Source: an uncultured Gemmatimonadales bacterium
GTDB taxonomy: Bacteria; Gemmatimonadota; Gemmatimonadetes; Longimicrobiales; RSA9
Direction of reading: 5' to 3'
Length of the DNA stretch: 64,000 bases
NCBI GenBank assembly: GCA_963783305.1
Contig: CAWAMW010000017.1
Span: forward strand, 1-64,000
Shown: in pieces, positions 1-9,539 of the stretch
How positions within the stretch are numbered: the first letter of the stretch is position 1
Layout: each line of letters begins with the position of its first letter
Program-made: the position numbers and the translations under genes
The notes under the pieces: model-generated
The model's database searches: none
What the model saw: the letters and a program-made list of their open reading frames with translations, nothing else
What the model was told of the DNA's origin: nothing

Positions 1-539
1 TTTGACGACGGGAACGGACGCACGGGGAGAGCCCTGATCACGTCGTTTTGCGTCGCCGAGGCGTAGCACCATTGTATGTGCCTCCCATCAGCGTGGTGCT
101 TGCGAGTTCAAGGGATCGATACATTGCGGGTTTGACGAGGTATCGCGAAGATGGCATAGAAGCTTGGCTCGAACATTTCGCGGGGGCGGCCTGCTGCTTC
201 TGCACACCTTGCTGCAGAGTACCTTGAGGCCGTTCACCAGCTAACGGAGAAGTGGCGAGCGCAACTAAACGCCTATCCTGATGCACCTCGCGCAGGCGCT
301 GCCGCATGGGCGGTAATCGACCAGCTGCCAGGGAGATCCCTATAATTACGGCGCCAGTGGCCGCGGCCGCGTCCAATCGATCGAAGCCGGCAGTCTATCA
401 GGCCCTGGCGCAGCTTCAAACAGCTGGAATCCTCAAACCCCTGTCCGATAGCCGCAGAAACCAATCCTGGGAAGCAGTTGGACTGCTCGACCTACTGGCA
501 GGTCTGGAGGCTGCGGAAAGCCCCTCTGTGACCCAATAA
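1..539 (+). pseudogene. Fic/DOC family protein, 3' part, with three frameshifts (5' end lies outside the window)
   Basis: Frame 1 starts FDDGNGRTGRALI, the tail of the Fic motif HPFxDGNGRxxR. It continues in frame 3 (HVVLRRRGVAPLYVPPISVVL...EHFAGAA), then frame 1 (AASAHLAAEYLEAV...AWAVIDQLPG), then frame 3 (IPIITAPVAAA...LAQLQTAGILKPL..., HTH-like tail) to TAA at 537-539. Shifts at about 39, 192 and 334. Confidence 0.8.
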
Positions 540-787
540 GAGGAGGGAAGACAAAACGGCCCGGCGCGAGGCGAAGGAAATCGTCTGTGCTTTTCCTGCG
601 GTTCATGTCAGCTCCTATCCGGGAACAACTCTATGCATTTTTTTGTTGTCGCCCGGTGGAGCACTCACCATCCCCGTTCTCAGAATTGACGTCAGTGCGA
701 CCGCGGATTTGGGGGAGCCGAACTATGACGGGGGTCGCGCACGCTGAACCCATACCCGCAGCCGTTGGCTGACCGGGGGACCGTTTA

Positions 788-2104
788 TCAGTTGACCTCG
801 ATCGCCGTTTCCGCCAGGACGCGCCAGCCGTCATCGTTGCGGATCAGGGTGAGGCGGTAGACCGTGCGGGGATAGCCCATGAACACTCCCCGCTCCGGCG
901 GCCTGGGACCGCTTGCTCCAACGCTCGCCTCCACCCACACCAAGGGTCCGATCCCAACCACCGGATCGATGCGGATGAATGAGGTCGACCGTATCGAACT
1001 GATGGAATCCAGGGCAGCGCCAGGGAGTAGCTTCAGCCGCGGGTCGGTCCCCCACACCTCCGCCATGGCAGCCTCGAGATGATCGGTCACCACCATGATC
1101 GGGTGCGGTTCAGAAGATGACACTCCGGACGCAAGCAGCGGGTGCTTACCTTCATTGAGCGCGTGGGGTGGCCATGGAGCAGCGCTGTCCAGCAGGATCG
1201 CCAGCAACCGGTGCTGGAGGTGGCTGGCACGTTCTTTGTCTGCCGGGGCTGCGAACGCCCGCAGCATCTGGACCTGCCTGAGGCCGAGCTGCCGGACCGC
1301 GGGAGAGGACGATTCGAGATCGATCAGCGTCTGCTCCAGCGACACGTCGGCGACACCCAGCTCCAGCGCCCGTATGCCGAACGCGAGACGCGCCGAGTCC
1401 TCGACGGCGCTTCGATACCGCCTTCCTATTTCCGCGGGGACATCGCGGCCGTGCAGCAAGTGCGCGAGCTGGGCGAGGTATCGGGCCGTACGATCCGAGC
1501 TGAAGCTTTGCGGCCAGTCCAGCCACTCTCGCCAGGAGGCGTCCGCCCCCGGTAGCGCATCGGGCGATCGGCTGTCGGGCAAAGCGGCCCGCACGATGCT
1601 GACCGCATGTACCAGCATGGGGCTCGCGGTGTCGGTCCGCACCAGGAGCGAGTCGGACCATCGCACCGGGTCCATCGCCCAACGCACGGCGAAGGCGAAC
1701 GCGTCCAGCGGCGGGTCGCCTCCTTCCATCTCCTCGATCAGTACCGCGCACGCCGCCGGCTCGCACGGCGGGTTGGGTCGCCGATCCTCGCCCCAGGCGT
1801 AGCGCAGTCCCGGCGGGTCGTACGTGAGGCCGGCGCTGAGTTGGGCGAGTACGCGAACGACGTGGTCCGGCAGAGGTGTCCCCGCGCTCCGGACCTGCTC
1901 CGCCAGGGCAACCGCTTCGGCCCATTCCAACGGGAGAGAACGCTGCCATTCCGCGTACGTCATGGGCGGAGAGTCGGTCGGCTCCTGTCCACCGACCGGC
2001 ACGACGGCGACGCTGCTCACCCCTGACGCCGCACCGACGGCAGCCAGGAGCGACAGCAGGAGACTTCGTGACCGTTCTGAAAGCGGAGGCATGCGATCCG
2101 TCAC
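788..2104 (-). CDS. Hypothetical secreted protein (start GTG 2104 or ATG 2092)
   Basis: 438-aa ORF with normal protein-like composition and an N-terminal hydrophobic signal-like segment; no family recognised. Confidence 0.65.
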   Translation of the reverse strand: MTDRMPPLSERSRSLLLSLLAAVGAASGVSSVAVVPVGGQEPTDSPPMTYAEWQRSLPLEWAEAVALAEQVRSAGTPLPDHVVRVLAQLSAGLTYDPPGLRYAWGEDRRPNPPCEPAACAVLIEEMEGGDPPLDAFAFAVRWAMDPVRWSDSLLVRTDTASPMLVHAVSIVRAALPDSRSPDALPGADASWREWLDWPQSFSSDRTARYLAQLAHLLHGRDVPAEIGRRYRSAVEDSARLAFGIRALELGVADVSLEQTLIDLESSSPAVRQLGLRQVQMLRAFAAPADKERASHLQHRLLAILLDSAAPWPPHALNEGKHPLLASGVSSSEPHPIMVVTDHLEAAMAEVWGTDPRLKLLPGAALDSISSIRSTSFIRIDPVVGIGPLVWVEASVGASGPRPPERGVFMGYPRTVYRLTLIRNDDGWRVLAETAIEVN

Positions 2105-2307
2105 CGAGGGCTACTGCACCTGATACCACCGTTCCGGCCGAAGGGTTCGACCCCCGCGATTTGGGGGCAGAAGCCTGACAGTCGCCGGCTGCGCTTTCCG
2201 CCGCCAGAAACGGCGCTACTGCAAGCGAATGCCCCTCTTCGGGGAGATTTTCTGACGGCGCGTCACCTCAAAATCTGCGATTCCGTGCACACTCCCAGGT
2301 GTGGGCT

Positions 2308-2392
2308 TGCACGCTCTATCGTAATTCACGGCACCCTCTCGCGTAATTTCCAGCTTTCCGACGTATCGCGTCTCTCGTGATTTCTCGTAAAC
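2308..2392. repeat. Cluster of 3-4 degenerate CTCTCGTAATT(T)C motifs (left cluster)
   Basis: ctctatcgtaattc (~2314), ctctcgcgtaatttc (~2336), tctctcgtgatttc (~2371), tctcgtaaac (~2383). Confidence 0.7.
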
Positions 2393-2695
2393 TGTTGCGT
2401 GGCTTGCGGTTGTAAAGGGCTTCACAGATGGCATGTCTTCGGGGCGAATAGAGCTGCTGACGAACCCGCCTCACCCCGGCCGCTTGTGCAAATGGTCGTT
2501 TGCCGCAGCGAGCGGTCCGAGCCGACGACATGCCGCGTCGGGTACCCCCTGCAAGAGTGGGAGGCCACGGAAGTGGGGTCGGGTCGACCGTCGCCCGCCA
2601 CGAGCCCGAACCGGGGAGCGTCGTTGACGGGATCGGGGTCGGTGGGCAAGATAGAGCGAGGATACAGCCCCGGTGACTATCTCAGGGAGCGGCTC

Positions 2696-4571
2696 ATGGG
2701 CACTTCACGCGGCGCGATCTCGACCGTCGGTCTCCCGGTCTGGCTGATCACCTTCTCCCTCTGCGTCCCCGTCCTGTCCTGCGGCGACCCGGCGGGCCCG
2801 GGCGAAGCGCTCGTGGACACGGCTCCGGTGAAGGAGTGGCGCTACGACCTGGTTTCGGTGCCGGACGTCGAGGCCGTATGGGGGAGCGGCTCGGGCGTCG
2901 TCGTCGTCGTGGGTGAGGCCGGTCAGGTGATCTCCTCGAGTGGAGCGGAGTGGTCCGACATCAGCCCGGATGAGTTCGGCGGGAGGCTGGTCAGTGTGTG
3001 GGGAACGCCGGCGGGCGAGCTCTTTGCCGTAGCTCGCGACAACTACCTCCTCCATTACGATGGCTCCGCCTGGGACATCCGGAGGGCGCCGGTGGGCGGC
3101 GATACCCAGTTTTACGACGTCTGGGGCTCATCGCCGGAGAACGTGTTCGCCGTGGGGTGGGGCGGGCGCATATTCCACTACGACGGCTCGGGCTGGAACC
3201 GGATGGCGGACGCCACCTGGTCGACGCTCACAGGCGTCTGGGGCGCGGCTGGAGACGACGTGTTCGCAGTCGGGACGAGCGCGATCCTCCATTACGACGG
3301 GTCGGCATGGACCTCGATGGACGCGCCGCTGCCCGCGAGAGGCCTGAACGCCGTGTGGGGCACCGCCAGTGACACCGTGTACGCTGTGGGAGGGAACGGC
3401 GCGGTGCTGCGCTACGATGGAGCCGATTGGACCGGCGTTGACGTGGGCACCGACGGCTATTTCGCCGATGTCTGGGGCAGCGCGGCCACCGACGTATACG
3501 TCGTGGGCAGCGTACCGGGGACCGGGTTCAACCCGAGCGGCGTCATCCATCCACTACGACGGGTCGAACTGGACGACGACCGACGCGCCAGTGGCGCTCT
3601 CCGGGGTCTGGGGCAGTGGCCCGGATGACGTCTGGACGGTCGGTGTGGAGGGCACGGTGCTCCATTACGATGGGACGGAATGGTCGCAGGTCCGCGGCGG
3701 GATGGGGCGCGAACTGTACGGCCTTCATGGGTTCCCGAGCGGCACCGTCTACGCCGCGGGGGCCAGCATCGTGCTCCGCAGCTACGGATCTGGGTGGGAC
3801 ATCGTGGTCGCCGACAAGGACTCCCCCCACCATGCCATCTGGGGCGAGTCCGAGAACGACCTCTTCGTCGTGGGCGGAGGGATCAACTACATCATGAGGA
3901 TCCGCACCGGCGGCCGCTGGAGCGGGCAGGACGTGCCCGGTGGATGGGGCACCTACAGGGGAGTCTGGGGCTCCAAATCCTCCGACGTGTTTGCCGGCGG
4001 TTCGAGGCTCATGCACTTCGATGGCGTCAGCTGGACGGTCATGATGGGCGCGACCGCCAACCTCCAGGTTGCGGACGTGTGGGGATCTTCGCCCACGGAC
4101 GTCTATGCGGTGCAGGACGGGGTCAACCCCGGAATGCTGCACTACGACGGCACCGGCTGGACCACGGTCGCACTGCCCGATGTCGAATGGGAAGAGGGCC
4201 ACATGGGCCAGCCCTACCTGACCGGGCTCTGGGGCTCGTCGGCCACCGACATCTTCGCCGTCGGCGCGCCGGGGGCGATCCTCCACTTTGATGGCCAGGG
4301 CTGGACTGCGATGGACAGCGGGACCGATGTCTTCCTCCACGCGGTCGGAGGCAGCTCTCCCGAGAACGTATACGCCGTCGGTGAAGACTGCACCGTCCTC
4401 CACTTCGATGGTACGACCTGGCGTCCCGTGGACCTGTCACTGGACTGCCGGGTCCCGCTCCACGACGTGTGGCTCCGCAACGGCTCGGACGTCCTGATCG
4501 TCGGCGAGGCAGGGACTATCCTGCGGGGCATACGGCAGGGCCGGGCTCAGCCTTTCCTGTTCCTGGTTTAG
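2696..4571 (+). pseudogene. Beta-propeller repeat lipoprotein (VWG..DVyAVG..G.ILHYDG..W repeats) split by a +1 frameshift at about 3549
   Basis: ATG 2696 with lipobox-like VLSC. The same ~40-aa repeat runs through ORFs 2399..3628 and 3369..4571. The junction reads GTC ATC CAT CCA CTA C where other repeats read ATC CTC CAC TAC GAC (ILHYD), i.e. one extra base. Confidence 0.8.
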
Positions 4572-4718
4572 CCATGGGCGGACAAAATCAATTTTATCGG
4601 AAGGTACCGATACAGTCAGGAGATTCGGACAGAACCAATCAAAACGCCTCAGGCAGGGGTTGGAGACCGGAGGGTCGGCCCGCGCTTGATCAACGATGGG
4701 CTCCCCCTGTGACACCCG

Positions 4719-4764
4719 CAACAAAACGGAGGGGAGGCGGCGCCGTCCCCGGCGCCGCCTCCCC
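4719..4764 (-). terminator. Intrinsic terminator downstream of pilC (possibly bidirectional)
   Basis: Stem GGGGAGGCGGCGCC / GGCGCCGCCTCCCC (4731-4764), followed on the minus strand by CCGTTTTGTT. Confidence 0.7.
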
Positions 4765-4793
4765 TTCTTCCCACCGCTACTGGCCTCCCGCCC

Positions 4794-4854
4794 GAAATTA
4801 CGAGAGAGCGTGCAACGAATTACGAAACAGCTCGCTCAGGAATTACGAGAGACC
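4794..4854. repeat. Cluster of three GAATTACGA(G/A)A motifs (right cluster, inverted relative to 2308-2392)
   Basis: gaaattacgagagagcgtgcaa (4794), gaattacgaaacag (4817), gaattacgagagacc (4840); 23-bp periodicity. Confidence 0.75.
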
Positions 4855-4890
4855 GAGTAAACCCACACGTCCGGCAGGAATCAACCGCCC

Positions 4891-6099
4891 CTACCCGACC
4901 GCGTTGATCATGTCGAAGATCGGGAGGTACATGGCCACGATCATGCCGCCCACGATGCCGCCGAGGAAGACGATCATGATGGGCTCCATGGCGGAGAGGA
5001 GGGCTTCGACGGCCTGGTCGACTTCTTCGTCGTAGAAGTCGGCGATCTTGGTGAGCATCTCATCGAGGCCGCCGGTCTGCTCGCCGACGTTGATCATGGA
5101 GACGACCATGGGGGGGAACACCTCGGCGCGCTTGAGGGGCTCGGAGATGGTCTCGCCGCCGGCGATGCTGCCGCGGGACTCCATGACGGCGTCATGGATG
5201 ACGCGGTTGCCGGCGGTGCGAGCGGTGATCTCGAGGCCCTCGAGGATGCTGACGCCGGAGGCGATGAGCGTGCCGAGGGTGCGGGTGAACCGGGCCACGG
5301 CGGTCTTGCGGAGGAGATTGCCGATGACGGGGGCCTTGAGGAGCATGCGGTCGATGACGAGCTCGCCGTTGTCGGTCTTGTAGTAGGTGCGGATGAGGGT
5401 CAGGCCGCCGAAGATCACGGCGAGGAAGAGGTACCAGTAGCTCTGGAGCATCTCGGAGAGGAAGATGACGAAGCGCGTGGGCCCGGGCAGCGCGACGCCG
5501 GCGCTGGCGAACATGTTCTGGAAGGTGGGGATGACCACGATGAGGAGGGTGGCCACGGCGCCGATGGCGACGGTGAAGATGACGCCGGGGTAGACCATGG
5601 CGCCCTTGATCTTGCGGGCGAGGGCGTCGTTCTTCTCGAGGAAAGTGGCGAGTCGGAGGAGGATGACGTCCAGGATACCGCCCACCTCACCGGCCGCGAC
5701 CATGTTGACGAAGAGGTCGGTGAAGGTCTTGGGGTGCTTGCGGAGTGCGTCGGCGAGGGTGTTCCCGCTCTCCACGTCGTGCTGGACGTCGACAATGACC
5801 TTGGCGAGCGTCTTGTTCTCGGTCTGCCGGGCCAGGATGTCCAGCGACTGCACGAGGGGGAGGCCGGAGTTGATCATGGTGGCGAACTGGCGGGTGAAGA
5901 TGACGATGTCGCGCGTCTTCACCGGGTTGCCGAGGGTGATGCTGCCGAGGTCGAAGGCGGCCTTCTTCTCTTCGATCTTGACGGGGATGAGCTTCTGCTT
6001 GCGCAGGTGCCCGACGACCTCCTCGCGGGTGGGGAGGTCGACGGTCCCCTGGGTCAGGGCGCCGCTTACATTGCGTGCCGAATATGAGAATGATGGCAT
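4891..6099 (-). CDS. pilC: Type IV pilus platform protein (T2SS F family)
   Basis: FTRQFATMINSGLPLVQSL, GEVGGILD, GEQTGGLDEML and AMYLPIF motifs; downstream of pilB-pilT. Confidence 0.95.
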   Translation of the reverse strand: MPSFSYSARNVSGALTQGTVDLPTREEVVGHLRKQKLIPVKIEEKKAAFDLGSITLGNPVKTRDIVIFTRQFATMINSGLPLVQSLDILARQTENKTLAKVIVDVQHDVESGNTLADALRKHPKTFTDLFVNMVAAGEVGGILDVILLRLATFLEKNDALARKIKGAMVYPGVIFTVAIGAVATLLIVVIPTFQNMFASAGVALPGPTRFVIFLSEMLQSYWYLFLAVIFGGLTLIRTYYKTDNGELVIDRMLLKAPVIGNLLRKTAVARFTRTLGTLIASGVSILEGLEITARTAGNRVIHDAVMESRGSIAGGETISEPLKRAEVFPPMVVSMINVGEQTGGLDEMLTKIADFYDEEVDQAVEALLSAMEPIMIVFLGGIVGGMIVAMYLPIFDMINAVG

Positions 6100-6143
6100 G
6101 GCTTCCGCCTTCGTCCGCTATGGTGATGGATCGGGAACCCGGG

Positions 6144-7259
6144 TCAGCGCCCGGGTACCGGCTCTCCGAGGATTCGCAGCAGCTCGTTGGGGTCGGTGGA
6201 CCGCTTGAGCGCCTCTTCCTGCGCCACATCCCCGGCAATGACCAGCTGGGCGAGGGCGTCGTTCATGGTCTGCATGCCGTGCTTCTTCCCGGCCTGCATG
6301 ATGGAGTAGATCTGGTGGATCTTGTCGTCGCGGATCGTGGCGCGGATGGCCTGGGTCGCCACCATGATCTCCAGCGCGGCGGTGCGGCCCTTCCCGGTCT
6401 TCTTCGGCAGCAGGGTCTGGGTGATGACGCCCTCGAGTACGAAGGCGAGCTGGGCCCGGACCTGGCTCTGCTGGTTGGACGGGAAGACGTCGATGATGCG
6501 GTTGATGGTCTCGGCCGCCGAGTTGGTGTGGAGCGTGGCGAGGGCGAGGTGACCGGTCTCGGCGATGGTGAGGGCGGCGGAGATGGTCTCCAGGTCCCGC
6601 ATCTCGCCGATGAGCACGACGTCCGGGTCCTGCCGGAGGGCGTACTTGAGGGCGTTCTTGAACGAGCCGGTGTCGGCGCCCACCTCGCGCTGGTTGACGA
6701 TGCTCTTCTTGTGCCGGTGCACGAACTCGATGGGGTCTTCGACCGTCAGGATGTGGCCGGCCTCCTCGCGGTTGATCTTGTCGATCATGGCGGCGAGCGT
6801 GGTGGACTTCCCGGACCCGGTGGGGCCGGTCACCAGCACGAGACCCTTGGGCCGCTCGGCGAGCGTCTTGACGATGGGCGGCAGGTTGAGCTGGTCGAAG
6901 GTGCGGATCTCGTAGGGGATGACCCGGATCACCACGGTGACGCAGCCGCGCTGCTTGAAGACGTTGCCGCGGAACCGGGAGAGGTTCTTGATCCCGAAGG
7001 AGAAATCGAGCTCGTCGTCGGTCTCGAAGCGCTTCTTCTGGTTCTCCGTGAGGATGGAGTAGGCCAGGTTGAGGGTGTCCTTGGCCTCCAGGTCGCGGCT
7101 GACGGACCTGGCGGGCGTGATGTTCCCGTCCACGCGCATGACCGGTCGCTGACCGACGGTGAGGTGAAGGTCGCTGGCGCCGCGCTGGACCATCTCCTCG
7201 AGAAGGGCGCGCAGGTTGAGCGACTGTTCCTGTGTAGCGGGTGCGGTCTGCGTGGTCAT
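6144..7259 (-). CDS. pilT: Type IV pilus retraction ATPase
   Basis: GASDLHL, Walker A GPTGSGKSTT, EDPIE, LRQDPDVVLIGEMRD, ETGHLALATLHT, AIRATIRD (AIRNLIRE-like), GMQTM. Confidence 0.95.
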   Translation of the reverse strand: MTTQTAPATQEQSLNLRALLEEMVQRGASDLHLTVGQRPVMRVDGNITPARSVSRDLEAKDTLNLAYSILTENQKKRFETDDELDFSFGIKNLSRFRGNVFKQRGCVTVVIRVIPYEIRTFDQLNLPPIVKTLAERPKGLVLVTGPTGSGKSTTLAAMIDKINREEAGHILTVEDPIEFVHRHKKSIVNQREVGADTGSFKNALKYALRQDPDVVLIGEMRDLETISAALTIAETGHLALATLHTNSAAETINRIIDVFPSNQQSQVRAQLAFVLEGVITQTLLPKKTGKGRTAALEIMVATQAIRATIRDDKIHQIYSIMQAGKKHGMQTMNDALAQLVIAGDVAQEEALKRSTDPNELLRILGEPVPGR

Positions 7260-8971
7260 TAAACCGAGGTCTCCTTGATGACTTCTTCCAGGGTCGTGAT
7301 GCCCTTTTCGACTTTCCTGAGGCCGTCCATGCGGAGCGTGAGCATGCCGTCATCGAGGGCCTGCTGCTTGAGCTCGTCGACGCCGGCGCCCTGCATGATG
7401 AGCTTTCGGAGCGCGGGCGTGGCGGCCATGACCTCGTACAGGCCCTGCCGCCCCTTGTACCCCGTCCCGCCACATGCGTCGCACCCCTCGCCCTTGTAGA
7501 AGGTCATGGACCTCTGGTCCTCGGGGATGTCGGCGGCGGCCAGGTACTCCTCCGGGTACTCCGCTTCCTTCTTGCAGTTCGTGCAGATCCGGCGCAGGAG
7601 CCGCTGGGCCGTGATCACGTTCAGCGCCGCCGCCACGTTGAAGGGCTCGAGGCCCATGTCGATCATGCGGGTGACGGTGGAAGGCGCGTCGTTGGTGTGG
7701 AGCGTGGAGAGGACGAGGTGGCCGGTGAGGGCGGCCTTGATGGCGATGCCGCCCGTCTCGATGTCCCGGATCTCACCCACCATGATGATGTTCGGGTCCT
7801 GCCGCAGGAACGCCTTGAGCGCCGCGGCGAAGGTCATGCCGATCTCGTTGCGGACGAGGACCTGATTGATGCCGTGGAGGTTGTACTCCACGGGGTCCTC
7901 GGCCGTCATGATGTTGACGTCCTCGTTGTTGATCTTCGACAGCGCGCTGTAGAGCGTGGTGGTCTTCCCCGACCCGGTGGGCCCCGTGACGAGCACCATG
8001 CCGTACGGCTGCATGATGGCCTTCATGAAGTTCTTCTCGGCCTGGGGCTCGAACCCGAACTTCTCCAGGTCGAGGGTCAGGTTTCCCTTGTCCAGGATCC
8101 GGAGCACGATCTTCTCGCCGAAGATCACGGGCAGGGTGGAGACGCGGAAGTCGACGACCTTGTTCTTCACCTTCATCTTGATCCGGCCGTCCTGGGGGAC
8201 GCGCCGCTCGGCGATGTTCAGGTCGGCCAGGATCTTCACCCGGGACGTGAGCGCCGCCTTCATCTTCATGGGCGGCTTCATGACCTCGCGGAGCGAGCCA
8301 TCGATGCGATAGCGGATCCGGATCTCGTCCTCGTACGGCTCGATGTGGATGTCGGACACGCCCTTGAGCACCGCGTCCGTCAGCAGCCCGTTGATCAGCT
8401 TGACGACGGGGGCGTCCTCCACCTGCGCCTTGAGCGCCGCCTCGCTTACCTCGTCATCCTTCTCCTCGATGACCTCGATGTCGGCATCATCGATCTCGTC
8501 CATGATGTCCGAGAGGGCGTCATCCTCCTGGATGCCGTAGTACTTGTCGATCTGCTTCTTGAGCGTGAACTCGCCCACGACCACCGGCTCGATGTCGTGG
8601 CGAGTGACGAACTTGAGCTGGTCGAGCATCCCCGGGTCGGCCGGGTTGGCCATGGCGACGGTGAGGGTCCGACCGACGCGGCGGAGGGGGAGGACGAGGT
8701 GCTTGTGGGCGATGTCGGACGGGACCAGCTTCAGGATCCTGGGGTCGACCGCGACCTTGATGATGTCGACCGCCGGCACACGGAACTGCCGGCTGAGCAT
8801 GCGGGTCAGGTCCTCTTCGAGGATGAACCCGAGCTTGATCAGCGAGTACCCCAGCCGCGTGTTGTTCGCCCGGGAATCGTGCAACGCGCCATCGAGCTGA
8901 TCCTGCGTGATCAGCCCTTCGCGGAGCAGGATCGTGCCCAGACGGTCCATGCTGCTTGTCTGCGTCGCCAT
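7259..8971 (-). CDS. pilB: Type IV pilus extension ATPase with N-terminal MshEN-like domain
   Basis: SDIHIEP, GPTGSGKTTTLY, LRQDPNIIMVGEIRD, Cys4 site CTNC...CDAC, GYKGR; two RLG repeats at the N-terminus. Confidence 0.95.
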   Translation of the reverse strand: MATQTSSMDRLGTILLREGLITQDQLDGALHDSRANNTRLGYSLIKLGFILEEDLTRMLSRQFRVPAVDIIKVAVDPRILKLVPSDIAHKHLVLPLRRVGRTLTVAMANPADPGMLDQLKFVTRHDIEPVVVGEFTLKKQIDKYYGIQEDDALSDIMDEIDDADIEVIEEKDDEVSEAALKAQVEDAPVVKLINGLLTDAVLKGVSDIHIEPYEDEIRIRYRIDGSLREVMKPPMKMKAALTSRVKILADLNIAERRVPQDGRIKMKVKNKVVDFRVSTLPVIFGEKIVLRILDKGNLTLDLEKFGFEPQAEKNFMKAIMQPYGMVLVTGPTGSGKTTTLYSALSKINNEDVNIMTAEDPVEYNLHGINQVLVRNEIGMTFAAALKAFLRQDPNIIMVGEIRDIETGGIAIKAALTGHLVLSTLHTNDAPSTVTRMIDMGLEPFNVAAALNVITAQRLLRRICTNCKKEAEYPEEYLAAADIPEDQRSMTFYKGEGCDACGGTGYKGRQGLYEVMAATPALRKLIMQGAGVDELKQQALDDGMLTLRMDGLRKVEKGITTLEEVIKETSV

Positions 8972-9032
8972 TCGGTGCGAGGACCCGGAGTGAACGTTTT
9001 GGTCGGTCGAAACTTCTGAGGAGAGGCATAGG

Positions 9033-9062
9033 AAGCTAGATGCCGCCTGCCCGAGCGGTCAA
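9033..9062 (-). promoter_or_regulatory. Putative sigma70 promoter of pilB-pilT-pilC
   Basis: Minus strand TTGACC-N18-TAGCTT, about 60 bp upstream of the pilB start. Confidence 0.5.
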
Positions 9063-9092
9063 GGCTTGCGCCTCGTCAACCTGTCCAGGCGA

Positions 9093-9488
9093 TCAGCGTA
9101 CCCGGAGCAGCGGCCGCATCCGATCCAGGGTCGCGGGGCCGATCCCGGCCACCGCCAGAAGCGAGTCCAGCGCCAGGAACGGCCCCTCCGCCTCCCTGTG
9201 TGCGACGATCCGCGCCGCCAGCACCGGGCCCACTCCCGGCAGCCGGTCCAGCTCCTCCGCGGAGGCGCGGTTCGGGTCCAGCCGCTCCCCCTCCTGCAGG
9301 GGGCGGGTCCGACGCTCCTCGCGGGCCACGGCCCGCTCCGTAGCGGCGACATGCGCGTCGGCATCGAACCCGGCGCTCACCGGCACGTCCATGGGCTCCG
9401 GCAGAGCGGCCACGCGCACGGCGGCGCTCAGCAGGAGGAGCGCGGCGATGAAGGTCAGTGCGTGCTGCTCGTCGCGCGTGAGCTTCAT
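9093..9488 (-). CDS. comEA: ComEA-family helix-hairpin-helix DNA-binding protein
   Basis: N-terminal TM segment; LDPNRASAEELDRLPGVGPVLAARIV...GPF...L..VAGIGPATL. Confidence 0.85.
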   Translation of the reverse strand: MKLTRDEQHALTFIAALLLLSAAVRVAALPEPMDVPVSAGFDADAHVAATERAVAREERRTRPLQEGERLDPNRASAEELDRLPGVGPVLAARIVAHREAEGPFLALDSLLAVAGIGPATLDRMRPLLRVR

Positions 9489-9539
9489 GGTCGGCGCCAG
9501 GGCGGATGCCGCAGCCGGCGCCGCGGCGGCGCCGCGCGG

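Noticed and set aside
2120..2300. Possible tRNA (GGTTCGACCCC T-loop-like at about 2144-2154)
   Set aside because: No acceptor, D or anticodon arms and no CCA could be built around it.
4579..4645. GGACAAAATCAATT / GGACAGAACCAATC imperfect direct repeat
   Set aside because: Only two degenerate copies; no supportable function.
4794..4854. Possible mini-CRISPR array
   Set aside because: Repeats are only about 10-12 bp with ~12-bp spacers; no cas genes in the window.
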